Source of the DNA: an uncultured virus (IMG/VR IMGVR_UViG_3300011375_000006)
Lineage: Duplodnaviria > Heunggongvirae > Uroviricota > Caudoviricetes
Strand: one strand, 5' to 3'
IMG/VR virus record: IMGVR_UViG_3300011375_000006
DNA: 64,000 nt
The translations under genes and the position numbers were made by a program. The notes below the pieces were generated by a model, which worked only from the letters and a program-made list of their open reading frames with translations, was not told the DNA's origin and searched no databases. The first letter of the stretch is position 1. Each line of letters begins with the position of its first letter. Positions 20,143-29,569 of this stretch are shown piece after piece.

Positions 20143-21595
20143 CGCTTAAATCCAGTGAGTGATAAGGACTGTCCGGGTCGTCGGCTATCTTCTCGCGTAC
20201 CTCGTTGGCAGACAGCGCCTGAACCTGTGCGACATAGACAGCGTCCGTCTGTGCGTCTACCAGGCGGATATCTGCTTTCTCTTTCGCGCTCATCTCGTAA
20301 AGAGGCTCGAATTCAAAGTAAATATCCGGGTCGATGTCGCCGAACTCAGAAAGCTGAATAACGTCCAGAACGCGCTTGAGAGGCGTTTTAAATATCGACT
20401 GCTGTAACGAGTGGATGTAGTCGTAAAAGACGCGTATCTCACCATCTGATGAGGCATTAAGTCCATTTGGGGTGATGCCAAGCAGCTTAACTAGTGGAAT
20501 GCTTGAAACTGAGGCCATTTGCTCCTGCGCCTGCGCCTGTAGCATGTCCAGACCGCTAAGCGGTGCGTTAACAAACTCCACCGTTTCCGGCTGCTCTTTG
20601 TTGTTATCCTTGGCGAATGCCCCGCGATTGTCCCGGCACTGGTTAAACATCATCAGGCGCATCAGAAGGTTTTCGGCACCGCCGCCTTGTAGCACCTGGC
20701 TCATATCAGTACCGATTACCGGGATGCTGAATGAGTGGATCATGTCGCTAACGCTGTCGCGAGTCCTGAGCCAGTTATTAACGTATGGCTCAGCTATCTG
20801 AATCAGTGACAGGCCGCGAAAGTTGTAGCTTGCCTTCAGCAGATCTGGCACCTGACGCGATACGAAATCAATCATGCGACTGGCGTGTACCGTCTTGCCC
20901 ATCACAAACCACTGAGTCGGTTTGTAGAAGTCAGGGCTTAGCGGGTTCTGCGCGTTATAGACGCCGGGGTAAGTCCAGACCGGCTCAATCACCTGAAACC
21001 CTTTCAGGCTACCTTTGGGGATTTTCTTCTCGCTGATGAACAGCTTGCTCTGAAGCTCATTATCATCTTTCCAGGCCGAAACGTTTTTTGGTGACAGTAC
21101 GTCGATATAAATCTGCCCGCCGCCAAAATACCCGTCATGCTCAGCAGCCTCACGGAATTTGTCGCGTACATGGAAGCGTTCGAGCGCATCGTAAAGTTGT
21201 TTAACGCGGTCTGACTTGTCGTCATCTCCTACAGTCTTAAGCTTGATCCACTTACGCGTCATCTCTTCGGCGATAGTGCCAACCATCTTCCGGTATTCAG
21301 GCTTCTGCGCCATCATCGACAGGTAAGGATAGCCGGGGAAGCTGTCCATATTCCCCCAGGCATAGCCCATCGCGTAAGCGTCGTTTATCTCTGCGTACGG
21401 AGTGGAATCCATCGCCAGAACGGCGCTACGAATTGCCTCGGGTATTACCCCTTTTGGCGGCTCATAACGCTTATGCTCTCTTTGGGGTTTCGGCTGGACT
21501 TCTGCTACTGCGGTGGGGTTAATCTTCATCTGTGCCTTTTCAGGCTCCTTCACCGGCTCAGGCGCGGCGACTTGTTTCTTCTTAAACGGCCACAC
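20075..21595 (-). CDS. Portal protein (DUF1073 family)
   Basis: [24 protein letters not shown]...YD. Confidence 0.85.
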   Translation of the reverse strand: MWPFKKKQVAAPEPVKEPEKAQMKINPTAVAEVQPKPQREHKRYEPPKGVIPEAIRSAVLAMDSTPYAEINDAYAMGYAWGNMDSFPGYPYLSMMAQKPEYRKMVGTIAEEMTRKWIKLKTVGDDDKSDRVKQLYDALERFHVRDKFREAAEHDGYFGGGQIYIDVLSPKNVSAWKDDNELQSKLFISEKKIPKGSLKGFQVIEPVWTYPGVYNAQNPLSPDFYKPTQWFVMGKTVHASRMIDFVSRQVPDLLKASYNFRGLSLIQIAEPYVNNWLRTRDSVSDMIHSFSIPVIGTDMSQVLQGGGAENLLMRLMMFNQCRDNRGAFAKDNNKEQPETVEFVNAPLSGLDMLQAQAQEQMASVSSIPLVKLLGITPNGLNASSDGEIRVFYDYIHSLQQSIFKTPLKRVLDVIQLSEFGDIDPDIYFEFEPLYEMSAKEKADIRLVDAQTDAVYVAQVQALSANEVREKIADDPDSPYHSLDLSDEIEIDLEKDEEIDPDDKAGET

Positions 21596-23254
21596 TTAAA
21601 TTCTCCTGAGTTGGCTCGGGTCGATGACCATCGGCTGGCGACCGGAAATAAGGTTGTCGTCAATAGCATCCATCCAGGTATCAAGGATGTCGTCATTGTC
21701 GTGACTGTCGTCAGCAGAGAACGCAGCACATTCGGTCATGGCGGTGATAACCCATGAGGTTGTCCCGGCAATGCTTCCGTCTTCGTAGCGGGTGTGAAGT
21801 ACAACCGCGCCATTAGCATCATGCGTGGCTGGCACATACACCTTACCTGTCTTTATCTGCGGGATGACGTTGAGGCAGCGAACCAGTTTGTTCTGACCTG
21901 CACCGCGTGGGATTTCTTTCACCGGGATGTTGTTGCGCTTCTTCAGTGTGGTAATCAGGCCTTGTCCGGCCTGCTTCTCTTCGATTGCCATGTGTCGCAT
22001 TGGCATGATTCGAAGCGATCCCTGCATACGCCACTTCTCCCAGACTTCCTCCGCTTTCTTCAGGAGGTCTTCCGGGTCCCAGCGGCCTCGCACGACATCA
22101 ATGATGTAGAGGTTGCCGTCAACACCCATGCCAACAAGCGTGAACACGGTGTAGTCGAGCCAGTCCTCAACCTTGCCGCTGTTGGTATCAACGTATACGG
22201 CACGGTGGGTGAGTTTTGGCAGTGTGGTGTATGTCTGGAACCAGTCGGTATCAATGATGCCACCGGTGAGCGCCATCGGGTTCTGCTGGTACTGAGACAG
22301 GAATGTGTAACGGTCTCGCTCCCACAGGGCAACAAGGTCGTTGACGTCTTCCATCTGCGGCCAGTATGACCAGTAGCGCGTGCCGGACACTTCGACCGAT
22401 TCGGTGTCTTTAACAGTATCCCAACACAGGGAGCGCCACGGCTCAGGCAGGGACTGAATATATTTTTCGTCAATCAGGGCTGGGATAGCGACGTGATGGA
22501 AGTCGACACCCATGCCACCTGATAACATGAAGCCGGTAGCGTCGTCGGTGTGTAGCCTCTGCTGAATGCTCACGAATGGCGTCGGGTGGTCTTTCGACTT
22601 ATCACCACGGCGCGAGCGGATGGTGTTGACCAGCAGCGTGTTAGCGCTGTTACGCTTGGTCTCGCTGAGCATGTCGACCGGCTTGTTGTAGTCGTCCAGC
22701 ATAACCATGCCGGAGAACTCCGGACCGAAGTAGCCACCACGGCCGCCGGTAATCTGCCCGTTACTGGAGCGCGATACTGTCTGACCTATTGAGCGACCGC
22801 GATCATCTTTAATCTCCCACTCTTCCGCCTGGTTTACACCGAAAGAGCACGGCCAGAACTCCTGATACTCCTTGCTGGCGATAATGTCGCGGGTACGTCG
22901 CGAATTGCGCTTAACCAGCGTGTCAGCAAAGGAGATGTTCAGATTACGGAAGCGTTTTAACCGCCCTTCCTGCACCAGTGCATTGACGTAGGCAGGAAAG
23001 TGAATGGAGAAGAATTCTGTCTTTGTGCCGCCGGGAGGAATGTTGATTATCAGGTTTCCCGGCTCAAGCCGACCCGCTATCAGATCATCAATCTTCGATG
23101 CCATCAGGCGGTGATGCCAGTTAACCAGTAACCGATCACCCTGAATCAACTCAAACCACAGACGGGTAAAGTTGAGAAACGATTTGGTGGACTTGGAACG
23201 AATGATGACGCGCTCAGGGAATGACAGATCATCCCATTCGAGTATTTCGTTCAT
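21596..23254 (-). CDS. terL: Terminase large subunit (myovirus module)
   Basis: IINIPPG..KT Walker A, LDD Walker B, QRLH, SQYQQ.P, DD.LD. Confidence 0.9.
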   Translation of the reverse strand: MNEILEWDDLSFPERVIIRSKSTKSFLNFTRLWFELIQGDRLLVNWHHRLMASKIDDLIAGRLEPGNLIINIPPGGTKTEFFSIHFPAYVNALVQEGRLKRFRNLNISFADTLVKRNSRRTRDIIASKEYQEFWPCSFGVNQAEEWEIKDDRGRSIGQTVSRSSNGQITGGRGGYFGPEFSGMVMLDDYNKPVDMLSETKRNSANTLLVNTIRSRRGDKSKDHPTPFVSIQQRLHTDDATGFMLSGGMGVDFHHVAIPALIDEKYIQSLPEPWRSLCWDTVKDTESVEVSGTRYWSYWPQMEDVNDLVALWERDRYTFLSQYQQNPMALTGGIIDTDWFQTYTTLPKLTHRAVYVDTNSGKVEDWLDYTVFTLVGMGVDGNLYIIDVVRGRWDPEDLLKKAEEVWEKWRMQGSLRIMPMRHMAIEEKQAGQGLITTLKKRNNIPVKEIPRGAGQNKLVRCLNVIPQIKTGKVYVPATHDANGAVVLHTRYEDGSIAGTTSWVITAMTECAAFSADDSHDNDDILDTWMDAIDDNLISGRQPMVIDPSQLRRI

Positions 23255-23255
23255 A

Positions 23256-23732
23256 TCAGTCCAGGCCTTTTAGTTTCTCCTCCATTGCTGCCTGAGCTGC
23301 TGCATAATCTGCCGGGGTATAGTTGACGACCTGAACCGGTCCGCCATCTGCACCTTCAATAGCGTGATCAATTTTGTCTCGCCATGCTTTCTTCTGCCTG
23401 TTCTTAAGCCAGAATATCGCCGCGGCCGTGTCTGGAGGGTAATGCTTTTTGATTTGCGTTTTGACTATCTGGTTATCAATAACGCGGATATCTGTATCAG
23501 GGGCGACGTATCCCATCGCTCTCTGGTAAAGACTGTCGACCACTTCCGCATCAACAAGGTCTTTCCCCTTTTTTACGGCCTCCGAAAACTCAGAATGGTC
23601 GAGTTTCCATTTGCTGATAGTTGATACAGCTACAGCAAAAAAGTCTGCTAATTGTTCGTCGGTGTAGCCAAGCATGCACAGCTTGCGAGCCTGCTCGGCG
23701 TACGCCTTCTGGTACTTGGTTGGCCTGGCCAT
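23256..23732 (-). CDS. terS: Terminase small subunit (myovirus module)
   Basis: RPTKY, HTH, PPDTAAAIFWLKNRQ...WRDK. Confidence 0.9.
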   Translation of the reverse strand: MARPTKYQKAYAEQARKLCMLGYTDEQLADFFAVAVSTISKWKLDHSEFSEAVKKGKDLVDAEVVDSLYQRAMGYVAPDTDIRVIDNQIVKTQIKKHYPPDTAAAIFWLKNRQKKAWRDKIDHAIEGADGGPVQVVNYTPADYAAAQAAMEEKLKGLD

Positions 23733-23744
23733 AATTGTTTACTC

Positions 23745-23972
23745 TTACGGTTTGAATGACTTGGAGTATTTTTTAGACAGTTCCCGAGACTTTATGGCAA
23801 TCCATTCCCATTTAAATAATGGAAATTTACTGCCGTGGATCAGTCCTAAGTACCATGCCCTGAATAACTTAAGGCCAATGAATGCCTCTATCGGATTGTT
23901 TGCTCTGTAGCTATACCCGTACCCTCTGGCAATATATCTACCATTTTCCATGTGGATGTGTATCAGGCTCAT
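23745..23972 (-). CDS. Hypothetical protein (AT-rich accessory)
   Basis: ORF packed in the operon between lysis and terS. Confidence 0.45.
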   Translation of the reverse strand: MSLIHIHMENGRYIARGYGYSYRANNPIEAFIGLKLFRAWYLGLIHGSKFPLFKWEWIAIKSRELSKKYSKSFKP

Positions 23973-23973
23973 G

Positions 23974-24162
23974 TTATTTCTCGTACTGAATGTTTATTTG
24001 CACCAATTCCATCACTCTTCGCTTCAGTTCTTCAGAGAACCAAAGTGCATTGGCAGCATTTAAGGTATTACCAGAAAGCTCTCGCTCCAGATTCTTTGAG
24101 ACCTCTTCGACCTGTTCATGAGAGGGAGTGATTATTTTAAGCGTCACAAGAATATCCATCAC
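23974..24162 (-). CDS. Hypothetical protein
   Basis: ORF translationally coupled to the upstream gene. Confidence 0.45.
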   Translation of the reverse strand: MMDILVTLKIITPSHEQVEEVSKNLERELSGNTLNAANALWFSEELKRRVMELVQINIQYEK

Positions 24163-24368
24163 ATCATCCCCGCCGCTTTCAGCTTGGCCAGTAATGCGTT
24201 GAAGTCAGTTACCAGACCAGCCACATCTGTTGCCGTGGTGTTTGCCTGGTTGGTCATTTTCTTTACGCCGCCGATTGTTGACGTAGTTGCTGCGGGAACG
24301 ACTAACGGATCATCAGGTGTCGTCACATCAAACGGATACCCGCCAGTTGACATAGCTCGTTTTGACAT
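24159..24368 (-). CDS. Head-fibre-like small protein
   Basis: PAAT..TIGGVKK and DVAGLV.DFNALLAKLKAAG motifs. Confidence 0.6.
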   Translation of the reverse strand: MSKRAMSTGGYPFDVTTPDDPLVVPAATTSTIGGVKKMTNQANTTATDVAGLVTDFNALLAKLKAAGMM

Positions 24369-24564
24369 AAAAGCCTCGGAGTTGATAAGAGAGTTGGTTA
24401 TCCCGGCCTGTGTACCAGTAGCTGTTTAGTGCCGTACTTATGGATGAATTTATCCATCTTTCGCTCATCCGGCGTGACCGGGAATACTTCGCAGACTCTG
24501 CGCACGGCCCAGCGATAGATAGGAACCCACCACGCTTTTGTGTAGTGGACTTCATAGTGATATT

Positions 24565-24852
24565 TCACCTGGTCGCCCTCACCGCTTTAATTCGTCTTAT
24601 GGAGGCTATGCGACCATTGCAGTCGTCGAGCGCATCAAGAAGCTGCGAGTTAAGTACCAGGCTGTCACCAAACGTCATCCCTTTCGGCACGTCAGGTACA
24701 AAGCAGTCAGTCAGCAGGCTGGCCGGGATTGGCACCTGTGGCGCTGTTACCATTTCGTACTCGACTGGCCTGTCCGCGCAACCCATCAACAACAGAATCA
24801 GGAACAGGGATGATGCTGCACCGGTTGTCTTTAAGTGCCTGTTTGATTTCAT
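24565..24852 (-). CDS. o-spanin (Rz1-like lipoprotein)
   Basis: Lipobox LLMGC; PASLL.DC..P; overlaps the i-spanin 3' end. Confidence 0.8.
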   Translation of the reverse strand: MKSNRHLKTTGAASSLFLILLLMGCADRPVEYEMVTAPQVPIPASLLTDCFVPDVPKGMTFGDSLVLNSQLLDALDDCNGRIASIRRIKAVRATR

Positions 24853-25144
24853 CCTGAAGCCTCTGGTTTGTTTTTTCGGCTGCATCCCGGCGATTCGCTT
24901 CTTCTCTGGCGATCTGATTTGTTTGCTCCAGTGCCTGAGTGAACTTGGCAAAGGTGTCGGCAAAGTAATCATTCTTGCTTCTGAGGTTTTCAATGCGGTC
25001 TGCTTTTGCCCTGTCCTCTGCAACCAGAGCCTGATTCTCTCGTTTCAGTTGCTGGTTTGTTTTGTAGAGGCTGAAGAGAAAGAAACAGATGATTACCGCG
25101 AACAGTAGCGGGATATAGTTTTTCAGCGTTGAGAGGTTCAGCAT
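24707..25144 (-). CDS. i-spanin (Rz-like)
   Basis: N-terminal TM, coiled coil, C....VP..V. Confidence 0.8.
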   Translation of the reverse strand: MLNLSTLKNYIPLLFAVIICFFLFSLYKTNQQLKRENQALVAEDRAKADRIENLRSKNDYFADTFAKFTQALEQTNQIAREEANRRDAAEKTNQRLQDEIKQALKDNRCSIIPVPDSVVDGLRGQASRVRNGNSATGANPGQPAD

Positions 25145-25764
25145 AAAACGCCCTCCGCAACTTTCAGGCGGGCCTGTCTGTCTGCAAGACCGTTAAGTCC
25201 GCCATTAATGGCACGGGTCATTCCCGTAAAGTCGCCTGAATCGGCAAAGGTATTGAGCTTGTTCGCCTTCCAGAACCATCCGGCAGAACGGGCAGCGTTT
25301 TGAGGTTCGGTCAACAGGTCAGGATTGTTTATCAGGTCCAGACCAAGCGCTTTACCACATGCATCGTAATTGGCGCGGAAGGTGATTTGCTTCAGCCCCC
25401 TGCCACGGAATCGCCATCCGTCGCCGGTCAGGTTGTTACCGTAGCGACCGCCATAAACGATATTCGCAATCGCCGCCTGTCTTGCGGGTGATAATGCCGG
25501 TTCTCCTGGCTTACGGCCAAGTTGCTCTCTTTGTGCTGCAGTGAGTCGGCCTCCAAAGATTGAAAGACCCTGCACAGAATAATTAAGTGATTCCTGAACC
25601 GACCGGAAACCACCTGATTCAGTACCAACCTGAGCGATAAAGGCCGCTTTACGCTTTGGAGTATCAATGCCGAACTCATTCATTGCGGCGACGATATGCG
25701 GATACCACTTATCAGCCAGGATGGCATTTAGCCCGGCCGCTTTCATAAACTGTTCTTTAGTCAT
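25138..25764 (-). CDS. Endolysin, glycoside hydrolase family 19
   Basis: FIAQVG.ESGG, ESLNYS, FRGRGLKQIT, INGG.NGL.DR. Confidence 0.9.
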   Translation of the reverse strand: MTKEQFMKAAGLNAILADKWYPHIVAAMNEFGIDTPKRKAAFIAQVGTESGGFRSVQESLNYSVQGLSIFGGRLTAAQREQLGRKPGEPALSPARQAAIANIVYGGRYGNNLTGDGWRFRGRGLKQITFRANYDACGKALGLDLINNPDLLTEPQNAARSAGWFWKANKLNTFADSGDFTGMTRAINGGLNGLADRQARLKVAEGVLC

Positions 25765-26080
25765 TGGCTTCCTCACCACCTGACACTTTGTTCAGGAATC
25801 GCTTTTCAAGAGATTTGATGAAGGAGGAGCCAGCCCAACCTGCGAGACCACATGCAGCACCCATTACTTCAGGGGGCCATGCGTAGTGAACTGCAAATAA
25901 AGCCATCGTCAGTCCGGCAAATATCGACACGATGAGCTGAAGGCAAAGGGTACGCCAACTGAACATCTCACCTTTGAGGACTTTATATGAGTAACTCGCG
26001 ATTGCGCCGATGATCGTCATGCCGAAAGCGATTAAGATCGACCAGAGATTGGGATCGCTTTTATATGGCATTTTGTTCAT
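25757..26080 (-). CDS. Holin with dual-start motif (Met-Asn-Lys-Met)
   Basis: Three hydrophobic segments, charged C-terminus, starts at 26080 and 26071; hairpin over the RBS. Confidence 0.85.
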   Translation of the reverse strand: MNKMPYKSDPNLWSILIAFGMTIIGAIASYSYKVLKGEMFSWRTLCLQLIVSIFAGLTMALFAVHYAWPPEVMGAACGLAGWAGSSFIKSLEKRFLNKVSGGEEAND

Positions 26081-26138
26081 TTCCACCCCCAGATTAGGGG
26101 ACTTGTTCAAGACATTCGGAATGTTGGAGATAGTCCAC

Positions 26139-26735
26139 TGAACAAATCCGAGATACGTTGAATACGTGATTCTTTGATTTGTTCGTGACCGGAAACATGA
26201 GCAGATCAGGCGTGAGTTGCGCTAACAATTCATGCCGCTCATTCACGAAGCCCAGCCACAGTGCTGGGTTTTTCTTTTTTGTAAAGCGCATCGCACCGTA
26301 GCCACAGCGGATAAGGTGGGGGTTTCGTCTGTCTGGTTTTTGATGGGATACGCTTTCAGAAACGTCGTGATGAGCCGAATGCGGGAGTGATTCGGCTCAT
26401 TTAATGATGAGAATGTGTGGTGGCCGGTACTGAACTCCGGCATTGCCTACCCATAGTGAATCAGTTTTTCCGCTCGAGTCCGGAAAGGCATGGGGAACTG
26501 TCCACCCGAAACCAGCGCATCAGCCTGCGCATTCACCACAACGGAAAGAGCACTGCATGGTTTTACCATTACATCCGAAGATTTATCTGGTGTAGTCAAT
26601 GCTCTTACCTGTTATAGGCTCCGTTTCGTGGAGCTGACGGCGGGTGATCAATCCGCACCTGTCGGGTACTTATTTTCAGCGTTAATGCTCGTGCCCGTGA
26701 GTAAGCTTACTCGTGAGAAAACTTATTCCCGGGTA
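26139..26735 (-). ncRNA. Structured late-leader RNA modules between tR' and the holin
   Basis: Consecutive inverted repeats with no credible ORF; includes AACAGGTAAGAGCATTG/CAGTGCTCTTTCCGTT stem and a tRNA-like fold (26416-26540). Confidence 0.6.
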
Positions 26736-26740
26736 CAAAT

Positions 26741-26777
26741 AAAAAAGCCCCGAGCTATTAACTCAGGGCTGTTTTTT
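26741..26777. terminator. tR'-like bidirectional terminator
   Basis: AAAAAAGCCCCGAG-CTATTAA-CTCAGGGCTGTTTTTT. Confidence 0.75.
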
Positions 26778-26977
26778 GATTGTTAGCTGGTAACCAGCCA
26801 GAACGCAATATGTCTTCATGATTCATACTGCGCCACTTCTAACAACCACAAACCTCTCAGCTTGCGATGGTTGGAGTACCAGACGATGCGTCGAAGTGAC
26901 CAACTAGGCGGAATCGGTGGTGAGAGCCGCCTCTGTTATCTCACCACCCCGCTCTTCGCTTTACGCTCCCGAGCATA
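26741..26977 (-). ncRNA. Lambda 6S-like pR' leader RNA
   Basis: Minus strand ACCGATTCCGCCTAGTTGGTCACTTCGACG.ATCGTCTGG.ACTCCAACCATCGCA matches my recollection of the lambda pR' transcript. Confidence 0.7.
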
Positions 26978-26983
26978 TCAATA

Positions 26984-27011
26984 AATATACAGTTACATTT
27001 CGCGAAAGCAA
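26984..27011 (-). promoter_or_regulatory. Late promoter pR'
   Basis: TTGCTT-N16-TATATT just downstream of Q. Confidence 0.6.
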
Positions 27012-27034
27012 TAGATTTAGAAAATATTTCTTCG

Positions 27035-27652
27035 TTACGCAGCAATTAGAGAATTATCATTCTCTATCTCACGCTTTAACGCATAAAACATTTCCGCATC
27101 CAGTACTTTTTCGCACCACACAACACGCCGTCGACATTGCTGGATGTCCATGCCAGTGACTGAGCTAATCAGCCTGGCAATGTCTTGCGTGCACTTGCGC
27201 TCGCAATATTGCTTAATAGCTACATCGCGAACGGGGCTTTCCCTGTGAAACGTTTTGACCATTACACGCTCAACAAAAGCGGCATCATCTGATTCTTTGG
27301 CGAGAGCGATGATGTTGCTTACTGAGGACTGAGGGATGATTATTTCACGGGCTTTTCGGTAAAGGTTATCGCCGCGAAGCCCATCTTCCTCATAAAGCCG
27401 CATGACAACGTCCTCAATTTGCTTTGCCTTGTCATCACTCCACTGGCTACGAATCATCAGCCTGCCGATTACGTTAATCGCCCCACCCGGTGAATCATCC
27501 CCGGCGTTAACCTTTCCCCACACCTGAAGCATATAGTGGACCCATGCTTTCTGTCGTGAGTTGATGGTTTTCTTTGGGTGCTTCCATACGCGCCGGAAAT
27601 GGGCGTCTTCTGCAAAATTAACCATGTTGAAAACTGGTGATAGTCGCATCAC
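27035..27652 (-). CDS. Q: Late antiterminator Q
   Basis: Last gene before pR'/lysis; C-terminal HTH TQDIAR.I...RRRV.W. Confidence 0.75.
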   Translation of the reverse strand: MMRLSPVFNMVNFAEDAHFRRVWKHPKKTINSRQKAWVHYMLQVWGKVNAGDDSPGGAINVIGRLMIRSQWSDDKAKQIEDVVMRLYEEDGLRGDNLYRKAREIIIPQSSVSNIIALAKESDDAAFVERVMVKTFHRESPVRDVAIKQYCERKCTQDIARLISSVTGMDIQQCRRRVVWCEKVLDAEMFYALKREIENDNSLIAA

Positions 27653-27829
27653 TCCGCCCTCTCAATATTCATTTCCAATGCATTGAGGACATATCGGTAA
27701 ATAGCGTCTTGCCATTTTCAGCCACGTGTCGATTGATTTCGTCTCGCGCAGCCTTCAGAACGCTTAATGGAACAGAAACCCGTATCTGAAGCTCTCTGTT
27801 GCGCTTTTTTAATTCCGCTAAGGCATCTT

Positions 27830-28012
27830 TCACGCTGCATCCTCCGGGCCGTCCGGCTTGTTAATCCCCAATCGGTTGATCACCTCTCGGCGCATAGCTT
27901 CAAGGCGCTGACGAGTTTCCTCGTTAGTCTGTAATGCCTTGTCGATATTGGTGAGCATCTCCCGGTCTTTGTGGCGCTGCTGTGCTGAGTTGATGTCTGT
28001 TACTGACATGAC
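27830..28012 (-). CDS. Nin-region hypothetical protein (start uncertain)
   Basis: Coiled-coil ORF in the nin operon, probable start MSVTDI. Confidence 0.5.
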   Translation of the reverse strand, partial: VMSVTDINSAQQRHKDREMLTNIDKALQTNEETRQRLEAMRREVINRLGINKPDGPEDAA

Positions 28013-28182
28013 TGGCCTCCTGACAAAGACTTGATGAACCGGTATTTGCACATCACGTAATTACCCTTGCGTATAGCCCTGAGCGATTTAAGGCGCATTT
28101 TGTGCCGGTAGCTCTGGATGGGTAGCCAGACAAAGAGAAGTGCCGCCCAGACGCCAACAGCGATGTAGAATTCGATGTTCAT
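28000..28182 (-). CDS. Small membrane protein
   Basis: N-terminal TM segment; coupled to rusA. Confidence 0.5.
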   Translation of the reverse strand: MNIEFYIAVGVWAALLFVWLPIQSYRHKMRLKSLRAIRKGNYVMCKYRFIKSLSGGQSCQ

Positions 28183-28574
28183 GCAACCTCCATGACTTCT
28201 GTGATCAACGGTAATCGCTCGCTAACTTCAGTAACGATCAGCACAAGCATTCCGCCTTTAATCGCCTGACAGCGCTTGATGCGCATATCGTCTATCTGAC
28301 CGTCATCCAGCCAGAAGCCCGCACTGGTGAGTGCGTCAAAAACGGCTTTGGGCAGGTTATCCAAATCACGTTTGCGGTTATCAGGGGGTGCTGCGTGGAT
28401 GGTGATTCTGATGCGTGGGGTTATTTTGATGTCTAGCTGATGCTGTTGGATTATCTGAATTACTTCTTGTCGGTATCGTTTTCCCCAGTCGCTGATGTAG
28501 TGAATGCCTCTTGAGTGTCGCCAGTACCGGTTATTGCTTGGCGGCCATGGCAACTTTATCCGGTATTCGTTCAT
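28179..28574 (-). CDS. rusA: Holliday junction resolvase RusA
   Basis: LPWPPSNN.YWRH, PPD.R.RDLDN..KA..DALT, DD.QID. Confidence 0.95.
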   Translation of the reverse strand: MNEYRIKLPWPPSNNRYWRHSRGIHYISDWGKRYRQEVIQIIQQHQLDIKITPRIRITIHAAPPDNRKRDLDNLPKAVFDALTSAGFWLDDGQIDDMRIKRCQAIKGGMLVLIVTEVSERLPLITEVMEVA

Positions 28575-28861
28575 GTGCGTATAAGCCCCTCCTTGAGCCA
28601 GATAACCTGAGTCCTTGCCATCCCCTCAAGGGCGCACTCTTTGGCGTACTCAGCATCAACTACGCGTGTTCTGCGGTCGATTTCGTCATGACAAGCTGAA
28701 CATGCAATGGTTGCTATCAGGTCTGGCGGCTTAATTCCCACGCCACATATGCCTGCAAGCCTGATGTGTGCCAGTACAGAGGTTTCAGCGTTGTGATTGC
28801 AAATACCCGGAATTCGTACCTGGCATTCCCGGCCTCGCGCCGCTTTTTTCAGGTCACTCAT
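28571..28861 (-). CDS. DUF1364 (YbcO-like) Zn-binding putative nuclease
   Basis: ARGRECQVRIPG.CN, ACSACHDEID.R. Confidence 0.85.
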   Translation of the reverse strand: MSDLKKAARGRECQVRIPGICNHNAETSVLAHIRLAGICGVGIKPPDLIATIACSACHDEIDRRTRVVDAEYAKECALEGMARTQVIWLKEGLIRT

Positions 28862-29036
28862 CTTCCTCATCTCCTGCCAAATATCCGTTGGGGTCGCGAT
28901 ATACCACGCTCTCCAGAGCACAGGATTCGCAACAGTAGGTTTCGTCTTCAGCTAATGGGTTAGCGCAGCTACAGCAGTAACCAGCGCGGGTAATGGATTG
29001 CTTTTCGTAATGGTGGGAGGATTCAGGAGTTAGCAT
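28854..29036 (-). CDS. ninF: NinF-like protein
   Basis: YE.QS..RA, C.SC..PL..DE...CE.C, DPN. Confidence 0.75.
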   Translation of the reverse strand: MLTPESSHHYEKQSITRAGYCCSCANPLAEDETYCCESCALESVVYRDPNGYLAGDEEDE

Positions 29037-29394
29037 GGCTGGAGTCCTGCATCATGAGAAAAACAATCATCGCTGCGCGGAGTGGGTTGTCATGCCGGAT
29101 GCGTTCGCCCTCTATGTAATATGCTGGAGATGCTACCCATCCACCTCCGTCATCAGGTTCAGCGAACACATCGAATGCTATGCAGATTTTCTTACTGACA
29201 ATAATCGGCCACGCGTCTGCGGGATTGTTGCAGTAGTCAGGGATGTCTATTTGATCCCATCCATCACCTGTCGGTCCGCAATCGTAAAAGCATGAATTGT
29301 CTCCACTGAGGCTCATGTGTTTAATGTCGGGGTTGAATACCGCTAATACCTCGCAGTTAATTTCGAAATCACTTAGCTTGCTGTAGTCAGTCAT
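29023..29394 (-). CDS. NinX/DUF2591 family protein
   Basis: DYS.LSDFEIN, DYCNNPADAWPII, NPLRAAMIVFL. Confidence 0.85.
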   Translation of the reverse strand: MTDYSKLSDFEINCEVLAVFNPDIKHMSLSGDNSCFYDCGPTGDGWDQIDIPDYCNNPADAWPIIVSKKICIAFDVFAEPDDGGGWVASPAYYIEGERIRHDNPLRAAMIVFLMMQDSSHANS

Positions 29395-29563
29395 GTCTTT
29401 TCCTCGCACGCATACGGTCACATTTCACCTGGGTGAGATGAACGGTATACGGGAATTATTTAATGTCGGATGGGTTTGGTTCTGGCTTGCGTTTAGTGCG
29501 GGCTGTAACGCGGAAAATCATATTGTCTATCGCGATTTGGGTAACGCTTCGTCGTCGTGTCAT
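29387..29563 (-). pseudogene. ninE: ninE-like gene with internal stop
   Basis: MTRRRSVTQIAIDNMIF...PSDIK*FPYTVHLTQVK.DRMRARKRHD; TAA at 29456-29458 (codon 36). Confidence 0.7.
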
Positions 29564-29569
29564 ATCACC

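Noticed and set aside
26416..26540. Possible tRNA gene in the late leader
   Set aside because: Has acceptor-like and T-like arms but no canonical anticodon arm or GTTCRA T-loop and is ~125 nt; kept only as a tRNA-like module.
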